The notes under the pieces are model-generated. The model saw nothing but the letters and a program-made list of their open reading frames with translations, had not been told where the DNA came from and made no database searches. From Anaeramoeba ignava BMAN (lineage: Eukaryota; Protista; Anaeramoebae), in the NCBI GenBank assembly GCA_028826165.1, contig JAPDFW010000059.1, forward strand, positions 1,736,001-1,800,000: a stretch of 64,000 nt of DNA, given 5' to 3'. The first letter of the stretch is position 1. Each line of letters opens with the position of its first letter. Positions 14,277 through 28,000 of the stretch are shown here, piece by piece. A program made the position numbers and the translations under genes.

Positions 14277-14409
14277 ATTTTTATTTATTAAAAAGAAAAA
14301 AAAGAAAAGGAAAAAAATGAAAAACGAAAAATGAAAATTAATTTTTTTTTTAAAATTTTTTTTTCTCTTTTGTTTGAAAGAAAAATTTTCTCAATTAATT
14401 GGATTTAAA

Positions 14410-16270
14410 TTAATTGATTAATTTTTTAATTCTTTCAGGCATTTCACGGAGAGCATAAGAATTTTGCTCAAATCTTTTAAAAGTAATACCAGACCAAGTA
14501 AAATCAAGAAGTTTTTTTTGATCATTTTTTTTAAATGAATTTTCAAAAAGATCTGTTTGAGAAAAATAAGAAGTGTCAAAACAAGAAACATCAAGTTCCG
14601 ATTGCAAAAGAGGAATGAAAGGGACTTCTGAGTTTCGTAAATTGACTTTTTCCCAATTAACGTTCTGGAAGAACTTGTGATTTTTAATTTGAGAAATTGA
14701 AGAAAAACGGTTTTTTGGAAAAGTGATTAATTTGGAAATTAATTCTTTTGCTTCTTGGCTTAAATGTATATTAGAAGGAATTGAGTAATTGAAAGTTAGC
14801 ACATTTCTAAGTGTTTTTTTTGTGTTTTTGTCGTGGAAAGGAGGCTTTCCAATAAGCATTTCATAAAGAATAACACCAATTGCCCAAAAATCCACTTTTT
14901 CATCATAACCCATTTCAAGTTTCTTTGAAGAGGAGAATTTATTGAATGTATTCCCAGTCGATAAAAGAACTTCAGGAGCAATATATTCAGGTGTTCCTAC
15001 TAGCGATACTGCCCTTTTACGTTTTATATTTTCGAAATTTTCAGAATTTTCAAAAGGTGAATTTTTTTCGTTTTTTTTGATCCAAATTGAATTTGAATTG
15101 GAATTCTCTTTCATTTTCTTCATTTCTTGATGATACATTTCCATATCAAAATCCATAAGAGTTTTTTCGAATTTTTGTTGATCTGTATCAAAAAGATCCT
15201 TGAAAAAAGAAACGTCTTTTGACAATCCAAAATCTGCCAATTTTAAGTGACCATTTGAATCAATCAGAAAATTTTCAGGTTTTAAATCACGATGAATAAA
15301 TCCAATTTGATGTAAAGCCTCAACTGCAGAAATAATTTCGCATAAATAAAAACGAGCTTGTTTTTCGTTCATTTTTTTCACATTTGAAAGTAAAGAAGCA
15401 AAATCACCTCCAGGTTGGAATTCCATTAAAAAATAAATAGATTTTGAGTCTTGAAATGTTTTGAAAGCTTTGACTAACCAATCTGAATTATGTCCAATTA
15501 AAACGTCTCTTTCTGCTTTTATTCTTTCAACTTGTTTTTCATTTTGAAATTTGGATTTTTTCATTCTTTTGATTGCAAATATTCCTTTTTGTTCATCTTT
15601 TACAACAAAAACATCCCCATATGCTCCTTCTCCTATTTTTGTAACTACTTCAAACTCTTCAATTCTTGTTTTTTTTCTTCTCATTCGAAGATGATTTGTT
15701 TCCTTTTCAAAATGCTTTTCAATTCTTTTCTCAACTTCTAATTCAGATTCAATTTGCAAAATTTCATTTGTGAATTTTTTCATTCTTTTAAAATTAAAAC
15801 AAAAAATTAAAATTAAAAATTAAAAATTAAAATTAAAATTAAAATAAAAAAAAAGTGGAACAAAATTATTTTTTTTTTTATTCTTTTTTTTTTTTACCTT
15901 TGTTTTCTTGACCAAATTGTATATATTTTTTCAACAAATGATTGAGAAAACCATTGTTTAAAAAAAAGTGACTTGTTTGTTTTTTTTTTTTATAAATTAG
16001 AAATTTCTTGTTAAAAGAAAAAATTTTTAATTTTTTTTAATTTTTTTTTACTTTTCTTTCTGTTGATGAAGAAATTTGAATTGAAGGAAAAGAAGAATCA
16101 AAAAATAATGATCTTGCAATTTCATTGAAAGAAAGATTATTTTCAATTTCTAAATCAATTTCTATTTCATTTTGATTTTCATTTTGATTTTGATTTTCGT
16201 TTTGATTTTCATTTTCATTTTGATTTTGATTTTTTTTGATCAATTGATCTTGAAATTTGGAATTTATCAT
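14410..16270 (-). CDS. NDR/LATS/Dbf2-family AGC kinase. Exons 16270-16052, 15971-15898, 15784-14410
   Basis: N-terminal regulatory ETNHLRMRRKK, GEGAYG, HRDLKPEN, DFG followed by a long insert, AVSLVGTPEYIAPE and C-terminal GITF. Both GT..AG introns keep the frame. Confidence 0.9.
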
Positions 16271-16602
16271 TTTAATTTTATTGGAATTTTTTAAAAGAAA
16301 ATAAAATTAAAAATAAAATGAAATAAATCTAAATTTAATTTTTGATAAATTTATTATCTAAAAAAAATAAAAAAATGAAAAAAAAAAAAATCAAAAATTT
16401 TGTTTTGTTGATTTTGAAATTTTATGAATTAAATTGTTAAATCTAAACCAGAATTAAATTTCGAATAATTTTTGTTTTGTTCTTCTTTTTGATTTTAGAT
16501 TTTTTTTAAAAAAATAATTGTTTTTTTTGTTTTTGAATGAAAAAGAAATTAAAAAAAGAAATTAAAAAAGAAATTAATTAAGTAAGCGATTAAATTTTCT
16601 TT

Positions 16603-17339
16603 TTAATTTGTATCATTTTCGTTGTCATTTTCGTTATCGTTATCATTTTCATTATCATTTTCATTATCATTTTCATTATCATTGTCATTGTCATTTTCGT
16701 TATCTTCATCTTTATTTTGATCATCATTAGCATTGGCATTAGCATCATTATTACTTTCTTTTGTATTGTCATTGGCATCTTTATCTTGATTGTCATTTTC
16801 TTTATTGTTTAATTGAGAATTTTCTTTTTGATTAATTTGGGATTTTTCTTCATCTCCTTTTTGATAATCTTCAATTTCTTGATCTAATAAATTTTTCATA
16901 TAATCTCCATCTTTCATCATGTATTCATTTAGTTGTTTATCTAACATTTCTGCTGACATTCTTTCTTTTGCAATTTTCTTTCCAAAAGTTTTTTTATTTT
17001 GATTAAAATTTCTTTTTTTTGGAAATCTTCTTGGTTTAAAATTTCTTTTGATAAAATTCAAAAGTAAAAAGATTTAGATATAAACGTAATAAGATAAATT
17101 GTTTTTAAATTAAAAGCTTATTTGAAATATTTGCATTTAATTGTTTTTCTTTTATTTATTTTCTTTTTTTTTTTTTATTTTGCAAACCTATTCATAGGAT
17201 TTCGGTTAAATCTTGGTTTTGAATTAAATCTTGTTTGTCTTTTGTTTGGAAATCGATTCCGATTAGATCTTGAAAATTCACTTGGTTTATCGAAATTTGC
17301 AAATCTTTCACTTAAAGTTCCTGTTTTTCTATTACTCAT
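16603..17339 (-). CDS. Chtop/FoP-like RNA-binding protein. Exons 17339-17188, 17044-16603
   Basis: N-terminal LSERF motif, R-rich middle, FoP-duplication-like SAEMLDKQLNEYM...LDQEIEDY and an N/D/E tail. The splice join keeps the frame. Confidence 0.7.
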
Positions 17340-17421
17340 TTTTTAAAAAAAATTAAAAAAGGAAAAAAATGAAAAATTATTTTTTTAAATTTTTTTTTTT
17401 CATTTTTTTTTAAAATAAAAA
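17340..17421. promoter_or_regulatory. About 80-bp bidirectional promoter region with opposed TTTTCATTTT (Inr-like) motifs; duplicated at 39593-39672
   Basis: Separates divergent ATGs in both copies. Confidence 0.55.
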
Positions 17422-18878
17422 ATGGAAACTTATTTAAATTTAGAAAAACTTTCAAATGATTTAAAAAATTTATTCCAAAATCAAAATCAAAATGAAAACC
17501 AAAATGAAAGTTATTTTGATTTTGAAATAATTTGTGAACAAAATCAAATTTCATTTAAAACTCATAAATCAATTCTTTCATCAAGAAGTCAATATTTTAA
17601 ATCTCTTTTTAAATCTAAAAATGAAAGAATATCAAGAAAATAAATTAATTCTAAAAGATGTTTCAAGTTCAATTTTATTCCCAATTTTAAATTATTTTTA
17701 TTCAGGAAAAATTGAAATTAATTTAGAAAATGTAATTCAAATTTTAATTTTTTCATCAAAATATTTAATTGATGAATTAATTGAAATTTCTTCAAATTTT
17801 ATCAAAAAGAATTTTCAAATTGAAACTATTGTTGATATTCTTAAATTATCTGAATCAATGAACCTAAATCAATTATTAGATTCTTCTTATCAATTTATTT
17901 TTGAAAATTTTGAAGAATTTATTAAAACTTCATTTTTTTTTGAACTTGAAGAAAATCATTTAAATTCAATTTTATTAAATGATGAACTTTCGATAAATGA
18001 ATTTGAACTTTTCCAATCAATAATCAAATGGGGAAAACATAAATCAAATATTAATCAAGAAAAAGAATTAGAAAAAGAAGAAAAAGAACAAATTCAAATT
18101 CAAATTTCAAATATTATTGATAAAATCAGATTTATTGATTTTACAAATAAAGAACTTAAAACTATTTTGAAAGAAGATTTAATTCCAAATCAAATTTCAG
18201 AAAAATTAATTCAATTCCAAAAACTTGATGAAAATGATAAAAATGAAAAAGAATTAAAACAATTTATTGAAAAAGAAAATTCATTAATTTTCAAATCAAG
18301 ATTAGGTTTACATTCTTCATCAATAATAGAAGAAAAAAAACATTCCAATAAATTAAAAGAATGGATAAATGATGATGAATTCTTTTACAAAATGAAAAAA
18401 AGGATATTCAGCTAAAAAAGATGGATTTGATTCTAAGAAATGGCATTCATCAGTTGATAACAAAGGAAAAACATTAGTTATTATTAAAACCAAAAGATAA
18501 ATATATTTTTGGAGGATTTACTCAAATTGGATTTATTTCCGATCAAGAATTTTGGGAATCAAAAGATTCAGGAGGAGGATGGATTAAAGATATAAATGCA
18601 TTTATTTTTTCATTAAGAAATAATAAGAATGATAGAAAACCTTCAAAATTTGAAATTAAACAAGGAGGAAGAAATGCACTTTTTTATCGTTTAAATTGTG
18701 GACCTAAATTTTCAGGAGATATTTCTTTAAATTCTAATCTTCAAGCTGGTTATACAGAATTTGGATATATGTATCAACTTCCAAAAGGAATGAAACCTTA
18801 TAAAGATGAAGCTAGAAATTATTTAGCTGGTTCTAGAAATAAATGGATTATTGAAGAAGTTGAGACTTATTTCATTAA
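17422..18878 (+). CDS. BTB-BACK-TLDc protein, copy 1, with several homopolymer frameshifts (sequencing error or pseudogene)
   Basis: Near-identical to 39673-41127; indels fall in A/T runs at about 17620, 18400 and 18490-18510. Confidence 0.8.
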
Positions 18879-19022
18879 AAATAAATTAAAAAATTAATTA
18901 AAAAATAATTAAAAATTAAAAAGGTTTTTGTTCCACTTTTTTTTTTGCTTTTATTGAATTTTAAATGAAAAAAAAAATTTAACTGGAAATTAAATGGAAA
19001 TTAACTGTTTTTGTGGATTTAA

Positions 19023-22000
19023 TTATTTTTTAGAAAAAGCATAAAGTTTATCAGCCAATTTAATAAGTTTATCATGAAATTCAATATCTTGATAATTAAT
19101 TTTAGGGACATTTTTGAAACCATAAAAAGCACCAAACCAAGCAGAAGCCAAAATACCAATTGAATCAGAATCACCTTCATTCAAGTATCTCATGCATAAT
19201 TCAGGCCAATTATCTTGAGCAGCCAGAAGACAATCCCAAGCAATTAATGGGGCATCATGACCAGAACTTCCACCCCAACCGCTAAAAGAAACTGATTTAA
19301 TCCAAGCATCTCTGACCTTAATATTATCATAATTATCAGGCCATTTAATTGATTCAAAAGATGGTTTCTCAATATCAAGGTTTCTTTCATGGAGATAAGT
19401 TTTCCATTTTTCAATAAAAAAATCCATTTTCTTTATATTTGAATCAACATCTCTTCCGCTTGATTTGATATATTCAACAACAAGTGGTATAATTTCGTTT
19501 ATAAGTTTTTTTCCCCATTCATATATCGGAATTTTGTTAATTGCATATGCTGTGAAAAGTGCTCCAGCAACTGAACCTAAATATCCAACTGGGTTATTAT
19601 GTGTCATTCTTCCACTTTCAACTGATACTGATATTAATTTTCGAATATCTGTTTCTAAATTGGGAAAAGCTAAACCAATAGGAGTGCTTCTCATTCTATT
19701 TTATCAATTAATTTTTAATTTTAATTTTTAATTTTTATTTTAATTTTAATATTAAATTTTGATTTTAATTTTAATTTTAATTTAAATTTTAATTTTATTT
19801 TTAATTTTAATTTGAATTTTAATTTTAATTTTAATTTTGATTTTAATTTCATTCTATAATTAATTTTATTTTAAATTTTGATTTTAATTTTAATTTTAAT
19901 TTTGATTTTAATTTTAATTTTAATTTTAATTTTAATTTTAATTTTAATTTTAATTTTAATTTTAATTTTAATTTTAATTTTAATAATATTAATTTTAATT
20001 TTAATTTTAATTTAAATTTTAATTTTAATTTTAATTTTAATTTTAATTTTGATTTTAATTTTAATTTTAATTTTAATTTTAATTTTAATTTTAATTTTAA
20101 TTTTTAATTTTAATTTAAATTTCATTCTATAATTAATTTTATTTTAAATATTGATACGCTGCACCACAACCACCTCCTCTTGAATTAAAAGATAATTTAT
20201 CCCAAAGTTTTGGAACATTTCTTGAAATAAAATTAACACCAGAAATACAACTACCACCTGGAGCTCTACCTGCCATATCATTAAAACATTCAACATATTG
20301 TTCTCCAATATGAATATATATATATTCATCAATTGGAAGATAATCGGTTTTTTTCTTTTCTGGTTCTTTTTTTTTTTCCTTTTCTTTTTCATTTATTGTT
20401 GGAATTAATATAATATTCTTTCTTAATTGATCTTCAAAATTTTCTTCTTTTTTTTCTTCTTCTTCTTTTTTTTCTTGATTATCTTTTTTCTCTTCTTCTT
20501 TTTCTTGTACAATTCCTTCTGCAGTTGCAATCATCATTACCTTATTAAAAATGAAAATCAATTTTTAATTTTGATTTTAATTTTAATTTTAATTTTAATT
20601 TTGATTTTAAATTTAATTTTAATTTTAATTTTAATTTTAATTTTAATTTTAATTTTAATTTTAATTTTTAATTTTGATTTTGATTTAAATTTTAGTTTTA
20701 GTTTTAATTTTAATTTTAATTTTAATTTTGATTTTAATTTTAGTTTTAATATATAAATTTAATACAGTATCATCACTAACTCTCCATTTTGATCCTCTTA
20801 ACTCTAAAGCTGTTATTCCTTTTCCATCTGTAATTCTCATTAAATCTGCATGAATACTTTCAGTAGAATAATCAAATTCATATCTTCCACCATGATATCC
20901 AAGTGCATCTCCTAGTAAATTTTATTTTAAATTTTATTTTAAATTATTATAAATTTTATTTTAAATTTTATTATAAATTTTATTATAAATTTTGTTTTAA
21001 ATTTTGTTTTAAATTATTATAAATTTTATTTTAAATTTTATTATAAATTTTATTATAAATTTTATTATAAATTTTATTTTAAATTTTGTTATAAATTTTA
21101 TTATAAATTTTATTATAAATTTTGTTTTAAATTTTGTTTTAAATTTTGTTATAAATTTTATTATAAATTTTATTATAAATTTTGTTATAAATTTTATTAT
21201 AAATTTTATTATAAATTTTGTTATAAATTTTATTTTAGATTTTATTTTAAATTTTATTATAAATTTTATTATAAATTTTATTATAAATTTTATTATAAAT
21301 TTTATTATAAATTTTATAAAGCAAGGAATATTTAAGTGATAAAAGAAATTTTTTTGTAAGTGATGATTTTTCGCATTAGCAACAAAAAAATTAATTAAAG
21401 AAAAATTTTTCTCCTTTAGAAATTTTTTGGTTTTGAAAAAGAATACATTTCCAGGATTTAAGTTTGATTTTTATGTGCAGTTTTGGACTTAGTTTGATTT
21501 ATTCTGTGGAAAATTTGCATCAATTGGTTGGTGAAAAAAATAAAATGAAAAAGAAAGAATTTAAGCAATTCTGTTGCAAGAAAAGATTTTGAAAAGAGAT
21601 TAAATTTTGTTTTTGATTTGTTTTGATTGATTTTATTTTAGATTAAAATTGAATAAAAAAATATGAAAAAAAAAGTTTTTTGAAAGAAGAAAAATTAAAC
21701 TGAAAGGAATCAGAGTGGTGATCAATGAAGGAAAGAAGAAGATGAAAATAGATGAAGAGTGAAAGAGTGAGAAAAGGTAAGAGGAAAGAAAATAAATTGG
21801 AAATAGTAAGGGGAATAGATAAGTGAAAAGTGAAAAAAAATAATTAAGAGCATGATCAGTGAAGTGAGAGATAAGGAAAGGTTCGAATGATTGACATCTC
21901 GTCATCTCCGCGCACGCAAGCGGCGCTCCGTGACTCGATTGTCATCATCCGAACCTTTCAAAGAAATTAAAAAAAAATCCAAATTTAATTCTAAAAACAA

Positions 22001-25000
22001 TTGATTATTGCAATCCTCAATGATATCTTTGAAAACATTAAAATTGGTACTAATAAAAAAATATAAGGTGAGTATTTTGAAACAATATGTAAAGGATCAG
22101 ATAGATCCAAACCCAACTAAAGGATCCTTTTTGAAACCAAAAAATATCTATGAAAATTTCAGATGAAGAAAGCAATAGGCAATATTTTCTTGTTTTGTTT
22201 CCAAATTTTTTGAGGTGTGAAACGTTTTCCGATTTAATTGATTTTAAATTGATTTTAAATTGGTTTTTAAATTGGTTTTTAAATTGGTTTTAAATTGGTT
22301 TTAAATTGATTTTAAATTGGTTTTTAAATTGGTTTTTAAATTGATTTTAAATTGATTTTAAATTGGTTTTTAAATTTTTTAAATTGGATTTTAAATTGAT
22401 TTTAAATTGATTTTAAATTGATTTTTAAATTGATTTTAAATTGATTTTAAATTGGTTTTTAAATTGGTTTTAAATTGATTTTAAATTGGATTTTTAAATT
22501 GGATTTTAAATTGGGTTTTAAATTGGTTTTAAATTGGTTTTTAAAATTGGTTTTAAATTGGATTTTTTAAATTTTTTTAAATTGATTTTTAAATTGGTTT
22601 TAAATTGATTTTAAATTGGTTTTTAAATTGATTTTAAATTGGATTTTAAATTGATTTTAAATTGGTTTTTAAATTGGGTTTTTAAAATTGGATTTTTAAA
22701 TTGATTTTTAAATTTTTAAATTGGTTTTAAATTTGGTTTTAAAATTTTTTTTTAAATTGATTTTAAATTTTTTAAATTGGTTTTTAAATTGGTTTTAAAT
22801 TGATTTTAAATTGATTTTAAATTGGTTTTAAATGGTTTTTTTTAAATTGGTTTTTAAATTGATTTTTAAATTGGTTTTTAAATTGATTTTTTAAATTGGT
22901 TTTAAATTGATTTTAAATTTTTTAAATTGGATTTTAAATTGTTTTTAAATTGATTTTAAATTGGATTTTAAATTGATTTTAAATTTTAAAAATTTTAAAT
23001 TGGTTTTTAAATTGTTTTAAATTTTTTAAATTGGTTTTAAAATTGGATTTTAAATTGATTTTAAATTGGTTTTTAAATTGGTTTTAAATTGGTTTTAAAT
23101 TGGTTTTTAGAAATTGATTTTTAAATTGGTTTTTTTGGATTTTAAATTGGTTTTTTTTTAAATTGGTTTTTAAATTTTTAAATTGGTTTTTAAATTGGTT
23201 TTAAATTGATTTTAAATTGGATTTTAAATTGGTTTTAAATTGTTTTTAAATTGGTTTTTTTGGTTTTAAATTGGATTTTTTAAATTGGTTTTAAAATTAA
23301 ATTGATTTTTAAATTGGTTTTTAAATTGGTTTTTTTAAATTGGTTTTTAAATTGGTTTTAAATTTTAAATTGGATTTTTAAATTGGTTTTAAATTGGTTT
23401 TTAAATTGGTTTTAAATTGGTTTTAAATTTGGTTTTTAAATTGATTTTTGATTTTTAAATTGATTTTTTTGGATTTTAAATTGGTTTTAAATTTTTTAAA
23501 AATTGGTTTTTAAATTGGTTTTTAAATTGGTTTTTAAATTGGTTTTTAAATTGATTTTTAAATTTGGTTTTTAAAATTGATTTTAAATTGGATTTTAAAT
23601 TTAAATTTTTAAATTGATTTTAAATTGATTTTTAAATTTTTTAAATTGGTTTTTAAATTTGATTTTAAAATTGGTTTTAAAATTGGTTTTTAAATTGGTT
23701 TTTTTAAATTGGTTTTAAATTGATTTTTAAATTGGTTTTTAAATTGGATTTTAAATTGGATTTTAAATTGGTTTTTAAATTGATTTTTAAATTGATTTTA
23801 AAATTGGTTTTTTGGTTTTAAATTGATTTTAAAATTTTTGATTTTAAATTGGATTTTTTAAATTGGATTTTAAATTGGTTTTAAATTGGTTTTAAAATTG
23901 ATTTTTAAATTGGTTTTAAATTGATTTTAAATTGATTTTAAATTGATTTTTAAATTGATTTTAAATTGATTTTAAATTGGTTTTTAAATTGGTTTTAAAT
24001 TGATTTTAAATTGATTTTAAATTGGTTTTAAATTGGTTTTTAAATTGATTTTAAATTGATTTTAAATTGATTTTTAAATTGATTTTTAAATTGATTTTAA
24101 ATTGGTTTTAAATTGGTTTTTAAATTGGATTTTAAATTGGTTTTTAAATTGGATTTTAAATTGGTTTTTAAAATTTTTAAAATTTTAAATTGGATTTTAA
24201 ATTGGTTTTTAATTTGTTTTTAAATTTTTTAAATTGATTTTAAAATTGGATTTTAAATTGGTTTTTAAATTTTTTAAATTGATTTTAAAATTTTAAATTG
24301 GTTTTTAAATTGTTTTTAAATTTTTTAAATTGGGTTTTTAATTGGGTTTTAAATTGATTTTTAAAATTGGATTTTAAATTGGTTTTAAATTGATTTTAAA
24401 TTGGTTTTAAATTGGTTTTAAATTGATTTTAAATTGATTTTTAAATTGGTTTTAAATTGGTTTTAAATTGGATTTTAAATTGGATTTTAAATTGATTTTA
24501 AATTGATTTTAAATTGATTTTAAATTGGTTTTTAAATTGGTTTTAAATTGATTTTAAATTGATTTTTAAATTGGTTTTAAATTGATTTTAAATTGGATTT
24601 TAAATTGATTTTAAATTGGTTTTAAATTGATTTTAAATTGATTTTAAATTGAGTTTTAAATTGGTTTTAAATTGATTTTAAATTGATTTTAAATTGGTTT
24701 TTTAGGAGGTGTGATTTTAAATTGGTTTTAAAATTGGATTTTTAAAATTTTAAATTGATTTTTGATTTTAAATTGGTTTTTAAATTGGTTTTAAATTGAT
24801 TTTTAAATTGGTTTTTAAATTTTTGGGTTTTTAAATTGATTGGTTTTTAAATTGATTTTTTAAAATTTTAAATTGATTTTAAATTGGTTTTAAATTGATT
24901 TTAAATTGATTTTTAAATTGATTTTTAAATTGATTTTTTTTGTTTTAAATTGGTTTTAAATTGGTTTTTAAATTGGTTTTTAAATTTTTTAAATTGGTTT

Positions 25001-28000
25001 TTAAATTGATTTTAATTGGTTTTTAAATTGGTTTTTAAAATTGATTTTTTAAATTGTTTTTAAATTGGTTTTTAAATTGGTTTTAAATTGGATTTTTAAA
25101 TTGATTTTAAATTGGTTTTAAATTGATTTTTTTTAAATTGGTTTTAAAATTTTTAAATTGGTTTTAAATTGGATTTTAAATTGATTTTTAAATTGATTTT
25201 AAATTGGTTTTTAAATTGGTTTTTAAATTGATTTTAAATTGGTTTTAAATTGATTTTAAATTGGTTTTAAATTGATTTTAAATTGATTTTAAATTGGTTT
25301 TTAAATTGATTTTAAATTGGTTTTTAAATTGGTTTTAAATTGATTTTAAATTGGTTTTTAAATTGATTTTTAAATTGATTTTAAATTGATTTTTAAATTG
25401 ATTTTTGATTTTTAAATTGGTTTTTAAATTGATTTTTAAATTGGTTTTTAAATTGGTTTTTAAATTGATTTTTAAATTGATTTTAAATTTTGGATTTTTA
25501 AATTGATTTTAAATTGATTTTAAATTGGTTTTTAAATTGATTTTAAATTGATTTTAAATTGGTTTTTAAATTGATTTTTAAATTGGATTTTTAAATTGAT
25601 TTTAAATTGGTTTTAAATTGATTTTAAATTGATTTTAAATTGGTTTTAAATTGATTTTTAAATTGGTTTTAAATTGGTTTTAAATTGGATTTTAAATTGG
25701 ATTTTAAATTGATTTTAAATTGATTTTTAAATTGGTTTTTAAATTGGATTTTAAATTGATTTTAAATTGGTTTTTAAAATTGATTTTTAAATTGGTTTTT
25801 GATTTTTTTAAATTGATTTTAAATTGGTTTTTAAATTTTAAATTGATTTTTAAATTGGATTTTAAATTGGATTTTTAAATTGATTTTAAATTGATTTTAA
25901 ATTGATTTTTAAATTGATTTTAAATTGGTTTTTAAATTGATTTTAAATTGGTTTTAAATTGGTTTTTAAATTGGTTTTAAATTGGTTTTAAATTGATTTT
26001 AAATTGGTTTTTAAATTGGTTTTTTGGTTTTAAATGGTTTTTTAAATTGGTTTTAGGGTTAAGGTTTTTAAATTGATTTTTAAATTGGTTTTTAAATTGA
26101 TTTTAAATTGATTTTAAATTGAATTTTAAATTGGTTTTTAAATTGATTTTGATTTTTAAATTGGTTTTTAAATTGATTTTAAAAATTGATTTTAAATTGA
26201 TTTTTTTTTAAATTGATTTTTAAATTGTTTTAAATTTGGTTTTTAAATTGATTTTTAAATTTTAAAATTTTTTGATTTTTAAAATTGATTTTAAATTGTT
26301 TTTTAAATTGATTTTAAATTGATTTTTTAAATTGGTTTTTAAAATTGGTTTTTAAATTGATTTTAAATTGTTTTTTAAATTGATTTTAAATTGGTTTTTT
26401 AAATTGATTTTTAAAATTTTTGGTTTTAAATTTTTAAAATTTTAAATTTTAAATTGATTTTTATAAATTGATTTTTAAATTGATTTTAAATTTTTTTAAA
26501 TTGGTTTTTAAATTGGTTTTTAAATTGGTTTTAAATTGATTTTAAATTGATTTTTAAATTGGATTTTAAATTGATTTTAAAATTTTTAAATTGGATAAAA
26601 TTTTAAATTGATTTTAAATTGGTTTTTAAATTGATTTTAAATTGGTTTTTAAATTGATTTTAAATTGATTTTAAATTGTTTTTAAATTGGTTTTAAATTT
26701 GATTTTTAAATTGATTTTTAAATTTTAAATTGATTTTAAATTGGTTTTAAATTTTTTAAATTGGTTTTAAATTGATTTTTAAATTGTTTTTAATTTGATT
26801 TTAAATTGATTTTAAATTTGATTTTAAATTGGTTTTTAAATTGATTTTAAATTGGTTTTTAAATTGGATTTTAAATTGGATTTTAAATTGATTTTTAAAT
26901 TGGTTTTTAAATTTGGTTTTTAAATTGGATTTTAAATTGATTTTAAATTGGTTTTAAATTGATTTTAAATTGATTTTAAATTGGTTTTTAAATTGATTTT
27001 AAATTGATTTTAAATTGGTTTTAAATTGATTTTAAATTGATTTTTAAATTGATTTTAAATTGATTTTAAATTGATTTTTAAATTGATTTTAAATTGATTT
27101 TAAATTGATTTTAAATTGGTTTTAAATTGGATTTTAAATTGGTTTTTAAATTGGTTTTAAATTGGATTTTAAATTGGTTTTAAATTGATTTTAAATTGAT
27201 TTTAAATTGATTTTAAATTGATTTTAAATTGATTTTAAATTGATTTTAATTTGATTTTAAATTGATTTTAAATTGGTTTTTAAATTGGATTTTAAATTGA
27301 TTTTTTAAAATTGGTTTTAAATTTGATTTTTAAATTGGTTTTTAAATTGATTTTAAAATTGATTTTTAAATTGATTTTTAAATTGGATTTTAAATTGATT
27401 TTAAATTGATTTTTTTAAATTAAATTGATTTTAAATTGGTTTTAAATTGATTTTTAAATTGGTTTTAAATTGATTTTTAAATTGGATTTTAAATTGGATT
27501 TTAAATTGATTTTAAATTGATTTTAAATTGATTTTAAATTGGATTTTAAATTGGATTTTTAAATTGATTTTTAAATTGGTTTTAAATTGATTTTAAATTG
27601 ATTTTAAATTGGTTTTTAAATTGATTTTAAATTGATTTTAAATTGGATTTTTTAAATTGATTTTTAAATTGATTTTTAAATTGATTTTAAAATTGATTTT
27701 TAAATTGATTTTAAATTTTAAATTGATTTTTAAATTGATTTTAAATTGATTTTAAATTGATTTTAAAATTTTTGATTTTAAATTTTTTAAATTGATTTTA
27801 ATTTGGTTTTTAAATTGATTTTTAAATTGATTTTAAAAAATTTTAAATTGATTTTTAAATTGATTTTAAATTGATTTTTAAATTGATTTTTAAATTTTAA
27901 ATTTTTTAAATTGATTTTTTTTTAAAAAAATTGATTTTAAATTGATTTTTAAATTGATTTTTAAATTGGTTTTAAATTGATTTTAAAATTGGTTTTTAAA

